From positions 1-38,992 of the forward strand of contig JAKVCH010000001.1 in assembly GCA_022447485.1 (NCBI GenBank): 38,992 bases of DNA, read 5' to 3'. Source of the DNA: Polyangiaceae bacterium. Its GTDB lineage: Bacteria > Myxococcota_A > Polyangia > Polyangiales > Polyangiaceae. Under the pieces are notes generated by a model, which was not told the DNA's origin, ran no database searches, and worked only from the letters and a program-made list of their open reading frames with translations. The translations under genes were made by a program, and so were the position numbers. Below, piece by piece: positions 8,180 to 16,733 of the stretch (positions within the stretch are counted from its first letter, which is position 1; the number at the start of each line of letters is the position of its first letter).

Positions 8180-9193
8180 CTAGAAAAGCGCCCCTATTTG
8201 CAGGGCAAATGACGTCTGACCTTTTTCGCCCTCCAATTCCCCTGCGTTCGCCCGATCTGGAGAGATGATATCAAACATGATCTGTCCACCTATCACCAAC
8301 GCCTCATATTGATAGTTTAAACCAATGAACATCCGTTGACGGCTCAAGCGCACGGAATCAAAAACCGCGTTGTTGTTAAAGTCATCGAGCGCCCCCCCCG
8401 CTCCGCAAATCGGCGACCCATCTTGCAGACTCGGATCGTCTTCAATGCCCGGCTGAGCAGGCCCTTCATAATTACAAGCTTGCTGGGCATCAGTGGCCGG
8501 CGAAAAGTCAATCACCCCGGAATCGCCAAATATCCACATGTACTGATAGCCAATCCAAGGCGTCAAAGTACCACTCTGGGCAATCGTGATCGGCTTGGAC
8601 GCCACACCGCGGGCATCGGCAACGGTCAATTGTAATTGTGGGCTTCCCGTTACCGTCCGCACTCCTCCGGCGGCAGCAAGATCTGGTAAAAACCCAGGAA
8701 CCCCATCGCGAAACCCCTCAAGCAGGGCGATCTTTAAATCTGCACCACCCGCAATCATGCTTGTTTTAGGTAAAAACCCGAACTGCAGGGAAGTCTCAAT
8801 TCCAAACCCAAAGCCTTTGCGGACTCGTAACGAGTAGAGCTGTAGAAAATTTGCCGGCTGCTCGTTCACTAGGGTCGCCTGGCCACTGCTGGCACCAACA
8901 CCGCCCCGGGTGCCTTTTTTCATGTAGTCAGCGTCACTAGCCATGCTAGTGAAGGCCCCTTCAGCCAGGATTTCGAAACCGCCATAGCCGGTGGTTTTTG
9001 CGGGACTCATGCCCGTCGGCGCAATAGCTGCGCCATATTGATTGATCAGTCGACGAAAAGCATCATTGTCGGGAATACAACGAGTATTTGTCGCAGCACC
9101 ACTCGATGTGCGACATTCAGGATTCTCCACCAAACGCTCAACAGCAAAATCCATCGATTCTGCCCGAGCCTCGATGGTCGAGAAAAAAACCAC
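8180..9193 (-). CDS. Putative outer-membrane beta-barrel protein whose signal peptide is apparently interrupted (see findings)
   Basis: Gly/aromatic-rich alternating beta-strand-like sequence ending in a C-terminal Phe (ALQIGALF), as in OMPs. The annotated GTG start leaves only VFFSTIEARA before the probable AXA cleavage site. Confidence 0.55.
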   Translation of the reverse strand: MVFFSTIEARAESMDFAVERLVENPECRTSSGAATNTRCIPDNDAFRRLINQYGAAIAPTGMSPAKTTGYGGFEILAEGAFTSMASDADYMKKGTRGGVGASSGQATLVNEQPANFLQLYSLRVRKGFGFGIETSLQFGFLPKTSMIAGGADLKIALLEGFRDGVPGFLPDLAAAGGVRTVTGSPQLQLTVADARGVASKPITIAQSGTLTPWIGYQYMWIFGDSGVIDFSPATDAQQACNYEGPAQPGIEDDPSLQDGSPICGAGGALDDFNNNAVFDSVRLSRQRMFIGLNYQYEALVIGGQIMFDIISPDRANAGELEGEKGQTSFALQIGALF

Positions 9194-9332
9194 TGGAGAG
9201 ACAAACGCCTAGGCGCCTACAAAACGCGAAAGAGATATTTTGAGCAAAGCAGTCAACGCGCTGAGGCTACTTTCCAGCGCCAAGCTGCGTCAAGGACGCT
9301 CTGCTCATGTTTGAAAGGAGAATGAAGAAGCT

Positions 9333-9884
9333 ATGACCAACCACCAGTCGCCAAAACAAGACCAAATTGGTCAGACAAAAGCACGACTGCGAGCAAACGC
9401 AGAACAACTCGGCGTGCAGATCGCCTTGGTCGAACCAGAAATTCCGCCAAATACAGGCAATATTGCCCGACTCTGTGCCGCCACCGGTGCCGCACTACAC
9501 TTGATTCATCCTTTAGGTTTTTCTGTCAGCGAAAAGGCGGTCCGGCGAGCAGGACTGGATTATTGGCCCCTGGTTAATTTAACAGAACATGAAAATTTTG
9601 AGGCGTTTATGGGCGATTCCGGCCTAAAGGGCAGAAAATATTTTTTCTCAGGCAAAGCGCGCCGTAGCTACTTGGATGTTTCTTATTGTCCTGGCGACAT
9701 ATTGGTCTTCGGTCGAGAAAGTCGAGGCTTAGATCCGAGTATCCTGGAGCGCTACGAAGACCAACTCGTTGCGATTCCAACGATTGGCGAAGTTCGCTCT
9801 CTGAACCTCTCCAACGCTGCTGCGATCGCGACGTTCGAGGCTTTACGTCAAATCAAATACCTCGACTCAACAGAGTTCAAGTAG
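9333..9884 (+). CDS. trmL: tRNA (cytidine(34)/5-carboxymethylaminomethyluridine(34)-2'-O)-methyltransferase TrmL (SpoU/YibK family)
   Basis: LVEPEIPPNTGNIARLCAATGAALHLIHPLGF ... RRAGLDYW ... SLNLSNAAAIATFEALRQ closely follows E. coli YibK/TrmL, as recalled. Confidence 0.9.
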   Translation: MTNHQSPKQDQIGQTKARLRANAEQLGVQIALVEPEIPPNTGNIARLCAATGAALHLIHPLGFSVSEKAVRRAGLDYWPLVNLTEHENFEAFMGDSGLKGRKYFFSGKARRSYLDVSYCPGDILVFGRESRGLDPSILERYEDQLVAIPTIGEVRSLNLSNAAAIATFEALRQIKYLDSTEFK

Positions 9885-9886
9885 AG

Positions 9887-9931
9887 AAGCTTAGCCAGGT
9901 TCCACCAGAAAAGCTTAGCCAGGTTCCACCA
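9887..9931. repeat. Two tandem copies of a 21 bp unit, AAGCTTAGCCAGGTTCCACCA
   Basis: Identical copies at 9887-9907 and 9911-9931, separated by 3 nt. They sit in the 53 bp gap between convergent trmL and trpS and are followed by the hairpin GGCTTA-AGC-TAAGCC (9934-9948). Confidence 0.85.
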
Positions 9932-9937
9932 AACGGC

Positions 9938-10948
9938 TTAAGCTAAGCCAACGGCGAGTTTAACTTCTGAAAGTTGCTTCGACGCGACCTCGCGTGCCCG
10001 TTCGGCACCACGCTGAAGGACTTTCTCGACACTGGCCAGATCACCTTCTAGCTCTTGCCGCCTTGCGCGAGCCGGATCAAAGGTAGCATGGAATAGGTCG
10101 AGGAGAGTTTTCTTGTAGTGGCCATAACCCAAACCGCCCGCACGCCAAGACTCCTCCAGGATGCGGTAGTCGTTCTGATTTGCCATCACCTTGAGTAAAG
10201 ACAGCAGAGCACTTCCTTCAGTCGGCTTCGGATCTTCAACCGCTGTCGAATCGGTCTTAATGCCCATGATGGCTTTTTTGACCTTCTTATCCGAAGCGAA
10301 AAGCTCGATGGTATTCCCGTAGCTTTTACTCATCTTTTGCCCATCTACCCCCAAAATCGTCGCGGTTTCTGGCTGAATCGACGCCACTGGCACTCTAAAA
10401 ATCCCTGGCCGGCCATTCTCAACACCATTCGGATCGGCCGGATCGTAGCGGTCAACATAGGTCTGATTGAACTTAATCGCCCAATCACGAGCAAACTCGA
10501 CGTGCTGCTTTTGGTCCTTGCCGACTGGAACTTTATCAGCCGCATAGAGCAAAATATCAGCCGCCATGAGCACAGGGTAAGAGAAAAGACCAAAATCAGG
10601 ATTCTTTCCTTTGCTAACTTTATCCTTATAGGAATGCGCTCGCTCCAAGTGACTCAACGGAACTAAAGACCCCAGAATCCAAAACAACTCAGAATGTTCG
10701 GGCACATCCGACTGACGAAAGACCGTCGAACGCTCTGGGTCGAGTCCAAAAGCTAGATAAGTCAAAGCCGCATCAAGAGTAAATTCGCGCAACTTCTCCG
10801 GATCTTGAACCGTCGTCAACGAGTGCAGATTCGCGATAAAGAAAAAGGAGTCACCCTCTTCTTGTAAGGCAGCGAATTGGCGTATCGCACCAAAATAATT
10901 ACCGAGATGTTGACGGCCTGAGGGTTGAACTCCACTGAGTATACGCAT
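9938..10948 (-). CDS. trpS: Tryptophan--tRNA ligase
   Basis: MRILSGVQPSGRQHLGNYFGAI (HIGH-region equivalent) and KMSKS (GQKMSKSYGN). I chose the ATG at 10946-10948 because it lies just downstream of the upstream gene's stop at 10965. Confidence 0.93.
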   Translation of the reverse strand: MRILSGVQPSGRQHLGNYFGAIRQFAALQEEGDSFFFIANLHSLTTVQDPEKLREFTLDAALTYLAFGLDPERSTVFRQSDVPEHSELFWILGSLVPLSHLERAHSYKDKVSKGKNPDFGLFSYPVLMAADILLYAADKVPVGKDQKQHVEFARDWAIKFNQTYVDRYDPADPNGVENGRPGIFRVPVASIQPETATILGVDGQKMSKSYGNTIELFASDKKVKKAIMGIKTDSTAVEDPKPTEGSALLSLLKVMANQNDYRILEESWRAGGLGYGHYKKTLLDLFHATFDPARARRQELEGDLASVEKVLQRGAERAREVASKQLSEVKLAVGLA

Positions 10949-10964
10949 GACGAGGCGAAACTTG

Positions 10965-12587
10965 TCATTTTTTGAATCGACCGAACAGTCCCTTTGAGCT
11001 GGGACTGCCCGCATCGCTTCTTTTCCTCATCCGAAATACGCGAATCTCCCGAGCAGCATCCATATGGCTCGGACGAAGCTCCAAAATTTTCTTGAAGTCT
11101 GCCTGGGCTTTCAGCACTTTCCCCGACTTTTTCAGTGCTTGGCCTCGGTACCAACGAACGGTCACGTTAGATGGATCAGCTTCTAATGCTTCATCCAAAA
11201 GCATTAAAATTTCGCCAAAAACTGGTTCAGCTTGAAAAGACAAGAGCCATGCATAGAGCCCCTTATATTCGCTCTGGACAGGATCAGCGTCAAACGCCGC
11301 CTGGGCCTCTCTCAAAGCATCACCATAATTCTTTTTTTTCAAGAAAACTTCTGCCCGTTGAAAGGCAGAAGCCGCATTTAATATAATTGCGACCTGTTCT
11401 TGTTCCTCTTCGCCGACCTCATTCAGCCTCGCATCGTACTCACTCCTCTGTTGAGGATCAGCCAGCACTTGATGCGCTTCAGTCATCTTTGCAAAGGAAC
11501 TCGTGACAAAGCTCTTCATGTCCGCCAATTCACTGGGCAAGCGATCGGGGTGCCAAAGACGGGCCAATTGAAAGAAAGCCGCACGCACTTGGGGCACTGT
11601 GGCGTCTTTATCCACCTGCAAGACGTCATAGTGGGTCACGGGTTTTCGGGCTTCAAACTCAGAGAATAGCTGGCGCAACTCCTCCTGATCTGGGCTGTTT
11701 GTCTGAGGCCCCCGCGGCTCATGCACCTCTGCTCGAGGTTGCGTCCGCCGATCAATCGAACGCCGCGCTCTGGCGGCTTCTTCCTTCGTGGGCGGAGCGA
11801 CACTATTCGGTGTTTCCGGAGGTTCAGAAAAACCGACTGGTGGCTTCTGCTCACCATCTCGATGCAACTGCCGACTAATCACGAGAGCAGAAACGACTCG
11901 CCTGACTTCTTCGACATTTCCAACACCACAACCTTCGAGCTCCATCAACGGCATGGCTTTTGCGCGAATCATATTGATGACCGCTGATTCTACAGCCGTC
12001 ATCCCATAGCGACGCACTGGGGCTTCAGCTCTTAATCGGACTTCCCGTTCTCCCCACATATTTAGAATGTTTTCCCGAAAGGACATCGGTAAACGCTCAA
12101 CAAGAGCCCTCCACAGCAATGGCAGCGGCTTGACTCGCCAGGTGCCGGGATCACCCCAGCTAGCAAGGTAGTTCGCCTGATAGAAGCCAAAGCCCGTCGA
12201 CTCGGGCATGTCGCAAAGGCTCAAGACTTGACGATGTAGTTGCTCCCGCAAGGCCACGTAGAGACCCGTCTCATCGAGACTTCCCTGGTCCAAAAGAACT
12301 CGGCCATGAGTTTTATTCAACTCGACAGCACTTTTTCTAGCTCGAGCCGATACCCGCCTATCAACTAAACCCAAATCGACCAGAACCTCTCCCAGGTAAA
12401 CCGGATTATCTTCGACCCTTGCTTTTGCCGGGGCGCCTTTTGAAAAAAGCACAGCATTCTTGTGCCCATCTGGGGTCTGCAAGATCAGCGTTCCGCTCAA
12501 TTGAGAGTCGTACAGACGAACTAATAAAGTCGCCAACGGTTCCGAGGCCAATTGGCCGCGAGCGATTAATTTTGGGCTAGACGACAC
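10965..12587 (-). CDS. DUF4388-like N-terminal domain / J-domain / TPR protein
   Basis: The N-terminus GQLASEPLATLLVRLYDSQLSGTLILQTPDG..VLFSKGAPAKA fits the DUF4388 pattern. Central J domain HYDVLQVDKDATVPQVRAAFFQLARLWHPDR (HPD motif). TPR-like C-terminus. GTG start. Confidence 0.8.
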   Translation of the reverse strand: MSSSPKLIARGQLASEPLATLLVRLYDSQLSGTLILQTPDGHKNAVLFSKGAPAKARVEDNPVYLGEVLVDLGLVDRRVSARARKSAVELNKTHGRVLLDQGSLDETGLYVALREQLHRQVLSLCDMPESTGFGFYQANYLASWGDPGTWRVKPLPLLWRALVERLPMSFRENILNMWGEREVRLRAEAPVRRYGMTAVESAVINMIRAKAMPLMELEGCGVGNVEEVRRVVSALVISRQLHRDGEQKPPVGFSEPPETPNSVAPPTKEEAARARRSIDRRTQPRAEVHEPRGPQTNSPDQEELRQLFSEFEARKPVTHYDVLQVDKDATVPQVRAAFFQLARLWHPDRLPSELADMKSFVTSSFAKMTEAHQVLADPQQRSEYDARLNEVGEEEQEQVAIILNAASAFQRAEVFLKKKNYGDALREAQAAFDADPVQSEYKGLYAWLLSFQAEPVFGEILMLLDEALEADPSNVTVRWYRGQALKKSGKVLKAQADFKKILELRPSHMDAAREIRVFRMRKRSDAGSPSSKGLFGRFKK

Positions 12588-12758
12588 CGCTTTTGAGCCT
12601 AGCGCTCAATCTCCGAACTGGCGAGTCTCAACCAACGCTTCCAGTATCTATTTCTACCCTTGGGCCAGGCTAGTCAGAAAAAACACCTAAGCTCAGCATC
12701 CTGTTGCGTGGCAGTTGTTGTATTTCGCTTATTTCGAGAGAGTGCTAGCTTTCCCGCT

Positions 12759-13214
12759 GTGGCAGAAACGCCGATTGAAATCCGTATCGACGGCAAAACC
12801 TATCGGGTGCGGAGTTCCGCCACTGAAGCAGAGGTGCACCAACTCGCAGAGGAAGTGAACCGGGCAATCGATTCGATCAAGCAAGAAGGTCGAGCCCTTG
12901 CCCAGCCGTCTGCTCAAAAAACGCTCCTGCTCGCCGCGCTTCGCTTGGCGCATGAACTTCGAGAGGAGCGCAGCCGAAAAGAGGAAATCGCTGACAAATT
13001 TCGTTCTGTGCTGACAGGACTGCTGGCAAAAGTGGACGTAGCCCTGCTCGGTCAGGGTCGCAATAAAGCTCGGCCAACTTCAGAAAGCGTCTCCTTCACA
13101 TCGAGCGACAACGATCAATCGCCTTGGCCCGAGACGCCTCCAAGCTCCGAGAAGCAAAAAGTGCTCAAAGGAAGTCGCGCGAAACGACTTCAAGGTGAAA
13201 CCACCGGCGAGTAG
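12759..13214 (+). CDS. zapA: Cell division protein ZapA
   Basis: IEIRIDGKTYRVRSSATEAEVHQLAEEVNRAIDSIKQ ... LLLAALRLAHELRE matches the ZapA pattern. The start is uncertain. The ORF opens at TTG 12660, and I chose GTG 12759 because ZapA usually begins just before this motif. Confidence 0.7.
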   Translation: MAETPIEIRIDGKTYRVRSSATEAEVHQLAEEVNRAIDSIKQEGRALAQPSAQKTLLLAALRLAHELREERSRKEEIADKFRSVLTGLLAKVDVALLGQGRNKARPTSESVSFTSSDNDQSPWPETPPSSEKQKVLKGSRAKRLQGETTGE

Positions 13215-13285
13215 GGTAGCTTATGCGCGATGGTTTCCGTCGGACTGGCTCCTCCTGAGAGGCTGAATAGCTCGAACTCTCTTGC

Positions 13286-13960
13286 TTAGGGCGATGTGGT
13301 TTCGTCGTAGCAGCCCGGCGTTTGGTCTTGACCGGGGAAACAAACAAAATCGAGCTCAAAGGCCTCAATACGAGAAAATACCTCACTAGCCGTGCAGGCG
13401 TCATCCGGAAGATGATCAACAGCGATCGGTTGTTCAAAGTAATTAGACTCGACCTTTGTATTGCCCAAGGTTTTTCCGAACACTCGCACGCGGGAGAGCA
13501 CTTCAGAAATACTCGTGTCGAGTTCTAAACCAGCAGGAATTAGATCCACAACGACGCCGCCATAGCCAGGATTATTTCTCTCGGGAGTGATAGTCGTCGT
13601 CACGACCGTCGAGTACTCGGCCAGCACCGTTGCCTTATCAGCCGTAGTCAAAAGAACCTCGGCCCCTTGGATTTGAATCGTGCTGGTCTCGGTTTTGAGC
13701 AGATCTTCATCGGCAAAACTCGTCAGCTGACTCGCGACCATCAACGCCCCCTGATAGCCAGCCAGCGAAAGAGCATGGTAGGTGGGTGACAAGAACTGTG
13801 GACTATTACTGTCAAATTCAACCGTGCAGGGACTCGTCACTGCAGTCAGATACACTATGTACATCGAGCTGTTATTATCGGCGCAGGAGCTCGTTGCGAG
13901 GCAGAATACAGCTGCACAGAAATGGGTGAGGGGTCGTATCTTCGCTTTCAGTAAACGCAT
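13286..13960 (-). CDS. Hypothetical lipoprotein
   Basis: Signal peptide with lipobox-like CLATSSC. Beta-rich, Thr/Val-rich mature part. No recognisable domain. Confidence 0.55.
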   Translation of the reverse strand: MRLLKAKIRPLTHFCAAVFCLATSSCADNNSSMYIVYLTAVTSPCTVEFDSNSPQFLSPTYHALSLAGYQGALMVASQLTSFADEDLLKTETSTIQIQGAEVLLTTADKATVLAEYSTVVTTTITPERNNPGYGGVVVDLIPAGLELDTSISEVLSRVRVFGKTLGNTKVESNYFEQPIAVDHLPDDACTASEVFSRIEAFELDFVCFPGQDQTPGCYDETTSP

Positions 13961-14134
13961 CGTCGTACTTCCAAGTCAGGTCGCTTCCAGGACTTAGTCC
14001 TTAGAGTAGCGCCTCACGCGAGAGCCAGCCAAATTTCTTGCGCCTCGATGACAAACATGGCTCGGTCCGTGGGAAAGAATTCCTTTCAATTCCTTGAAAA
14101 CACCCACTCTTGCTCCGCAAATCATCACGTGGTC

Positions 14135-15730
14135 TCAGAGGCGGTCGGCGAGGGCCGGGGTAAGGCGGATCAAGTCATCGAGGGACACCATCTTGAACAT
14201 TACATCACCAGCGGATTTGCAGAAGATGAATTTAATTTCCGAGCCAGCTCGTTTCTTATCCAGTCCCAAGAGTTGGGTCGCTTCTTCGAGGCGATTGGCC
14301 TTCAAGCGATGCGGCAAACCGAGCCTCTCCAATAATTGCAAAACTCTCTCTGTCAGAGGCGTTTCTGTCACTCCCAACTGATTCCCCAAGCGAAGAGCAG
14401 CGACCAGTCCGAGCGAAACCGCTTCGCCATGGGTTAATTCTTCATAACCTCCCGAAGACTCGAGAGCATGGCCAATTGTGTGTCCTAAGTTGAGGGAAGC
14501 TCTGACTCCGGCTTCCCGCTCGTCGAGACTCACCACTCGAGCCTTCACTCGCACGCAACGATCGAGCACCTCTGTCATCACCCCAAAATCTCGTGCCAAG
14601 ATTTCTTCAGACTTCTCTTCCAGAAAATCGAGAAGAGTCGCGTCACCGATCAGAGCTGTCTTGATCACCTCGCTCAAAGCACCGCGATAAGCGCGCTCCG
14701 ACTCAGTCTTCAAGGCACTCACGTCACAAATGACGCCTGAAGGTTGCCAAAATGCACCCACAGAGTTCTTCGCGGTAGAAAAATCGACGGCGGTTTTTCC
14801 ACCGACAGATGCATCCACCATCGACAAAAGCGTCGTTGGCAGTCCTAGCCAGCGAATACCTCGCACCCAGGTTGCTGCGGCAAAACCGGTCATATCAGTG
14901 ACCACGCCACCCCCGAGACCGATCATCAAACCCTGACGGTCCAGGCGCGCCTCAAAGGCCGCCTGGTAGATTTTAGCCTGTATCTGAAGATTCTTCGCGG
15001 GCTCCCCTGGTGGCAACAGCACCTCAGAGTGAGGTAGACTAGTTTTCGCCATGATGTTGCGGACACCCTGACCGTGAAGCGGCGCAACATTTTCGTCACT
15101 GACAAAGAGCAAGCCTGACGGTGAACCTACTTTACGCTCCAGCTCGGTTGCGATCTTGTTGTGACCAATCGAAACGCAATAGCTTGAGAAGCCAGCGGCA
15201 ACCGCAATTTCGTCACGACGCCAGGTGGCGATGACCTTTTCAGCAACCTCTGCGGGGGAAAGCTCGTCGGTACAAATTTGATCATGAGATTCGCGGTAAC
15301 CCAAAGCCCGCTGCTCCAAAAGACGGGTGATTTGGTATTCCGGATCGTGGGCAGCAAGAAGAGGCCGGACCCCCGAAGCGGCCCGTTTGGCCCGAGCAAT
15401 CAGCACCGGCAAGCTCGCTTCCAGACTCACAACAACTGTCCGGCCCAACACCTCGACTCGCCAAGGTCGATCAATCAGAGCTCCTCCACCTAAACTGATG
15501 ACGGGTGCGACACCATCGAAATCAAGAAGCGCGCGTAGCGTGCGCTGCTCAATTTCGCGAAACGCGGCTTCGCCTTTTTCAGAAAAGATCTGAGCAATTG
15601 TGCAACCAGCGCCCTTTTCAATCTGCTGATCCAGGTCGAAAAAGGGCCGAGACGTTTTTTTCGCGACGATTTTCCCGACAGTGGACTTGCCTGTCGCCAT
15701 GAAGCCAGACAGAAGAAGGGGGTGGTTCAT
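14135..15730 (-). CDS. aroKB: Bifunctional shikimate kinase / 3-dehydroquinate synthase (AroK-AroB fusion)
   Basis: N-terminal P-loop kinase LSGFMATGKSTVGKIVA. Residues from about 170 onward are AroB-like (GGGVVTDMTGFAAATWVRGIRWLGLPTTLLSMVDASVGGKTAVD ... NLGHTIGHALE). Confidence 0.92.
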   Translation of the reverse strand: MNHPLLLSGFMATGKSTVGKIVAKKTSRPFFDLDQQIEKGAGCTIAQIFSEKGEAAFREIEQRTLRALLDFDGVAPVISLGGGALIDRPWRVEVLGRTVVVSLEASLPVLIARAKRAASGVRPLLAAHDPEYQITRLLEQRALGYRESHDQICTDELSPAEVAEKVIATWRRDEIAVAAGFSSYCVSIGHNKIATELERKVGSPSGLLFVSDENVAPLHGQGVRNIMAKTSLPHSEVLLPPGEPAKNLQIQAKIYQAAFEARLDRQGLMIGLGGGVVTDMTGFAAATWVRGIRWLGLPTTLLSMVDASVGGKTAVDFSTAKNSVGAFWQPSGVICDVSALKTESERAYRGALSEVIKTALIGDATLLDFLEEKSEEILARDFGVMTEVLDRCVRVKARVVSLDEREAGVRASLNLGHTIGHALESSGGYEELTHGEAVSLGLVAALRLGNQLGVTETPLTERVLQLLERLGLPHRLKANRLEEATQLLGLDKKRAGSEIKFIFCKSAGDVMFKMVSLDDLIRLTPALADRL

Positions 15731-15796
15731 GTCTCTGCGTTTACCACGTTGTGCCGCTCTGCGAAGAAATCACAGAACAGTTTTCCACTAAATTTC

Positions 15797-16621
15797 ATGC
15801 TCTCCTTCGAAAAATACCAGGCCCTCGGTAATCACTTTCTCGTCATCGCCACCGCTGATCCTGATAGCTTCCCTATCAAACGGGCTATTGATCTCTGCGA
15901 TCAAAATTTCGGCGTTGGAGGCGATGGGGTGCTACTAGTTGCCCCGCCGACACCTCAAGCCAAAGAATGCCTAGCGCGCATGGTGGTCATCAATTCTGAT
16001 GGCTCACGACCTGAGATGTGCGGGAATGGCTTACGCTGCGTTGCACTCTACCTGGCCAAGCAGAAAGATTTGACCGACCAACAAGGTAGCGCACCGACAA
16101 AGTTCGTCGTCGAGACCGATGCTGGTCCACGCGCATGTTCTCTCGCGAGCGAGAACAACCTGAATTCCGCCCAAGTGAAAACAGCCATGGGGAAGGGCAG
16201 AGAGCTCGGCACCATTGAGCATCAGCTTCAGGGCGAAATGCAGGAATTTACGAGAATCTCCATGGGAAATCCCCACGCCATTCTCTTTGCTCCCCCGATC
16301 TCTGCCGAAGAACTCGACGAGCTGGGCCCCGCCCTCAGCTCTCAAATTCCCGAGGGCTCAAATATCGAGATAGCGAGCGTGATTGACCCCCAGCGAATCA
16401 AGGTCGATGTATGGGAACGAGGAGTCGGGCGAACCCTTGCTTGTGGAACCGGAGCGGCTGCTACTGCATTCGCGGCAACTCGCTTGGGCCATACCCAAAC
16501 GGACACGCCTCTAATCATCGAACTACCCGGTGGTGAACTCACGCTGCATGTCGCCAAGGATGACGCTGTCGAGTTGACTGGCCCGGCTCAATTCGTTTTT
16601 GAGGGTCAGACCCTTCTCTAA
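15797..16621 (+). CDS. dapF: Diaminopimelate epimerase
   Basis: FEKYQALGNHFLVI, catalytic cysteines in EMCGNGLRC and LACGTGAAA. I chose ATG 15797 over the upstream GTG at 15722, which overlaps aroKB. Confidence 0.92.
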   Translation: MLSFEKYQALGNHFLVIATADPDSFPIKRAIDLCDQNFGVGGDGVLLVAPPTPQAKECLARMVVINSDGSRPEMCGNGLRCVALYLAKQKDLTDQQGSAPTKFVVETDAGPRACSLASENNLNSAQVKTAMGKGRELGTIEHQLQGEMQEFTRISMGNPHAILFAPPISAEELDELGPALSSQIPEGSNIEIASVIDPQRIKVDVWERGVGRTLACGTGAAATAFAATRLGHTQTDTPLIIELPGGELTLHVAKDDAVELTGPAQFVFEGQTLL

Positions 16622-16733
16622 AAGGTACAAACCAAAGGGAGATTCACAGGCCACTCCAATTGCTAAAAACTCGCCCAAACAAAATCACGCGTGCTAGGCG
16701 CCTAAATGGCGCAGATTTAGCGCGGAGAAGATC

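Noticed and set aside
9322-9336. A 4-codon mini-ORF (ATG AAG AAG CTA TGA) whose stop overlaps the trmL ATG, directly after AAGGAG.
   Set aside because: The SD-to-ATG spacing for the mini-ORF is only about 1 nt, which is too short. The same SD sits 12 nt from the trmL ATG and is adequately explained as the trmL ribosome-binding site.
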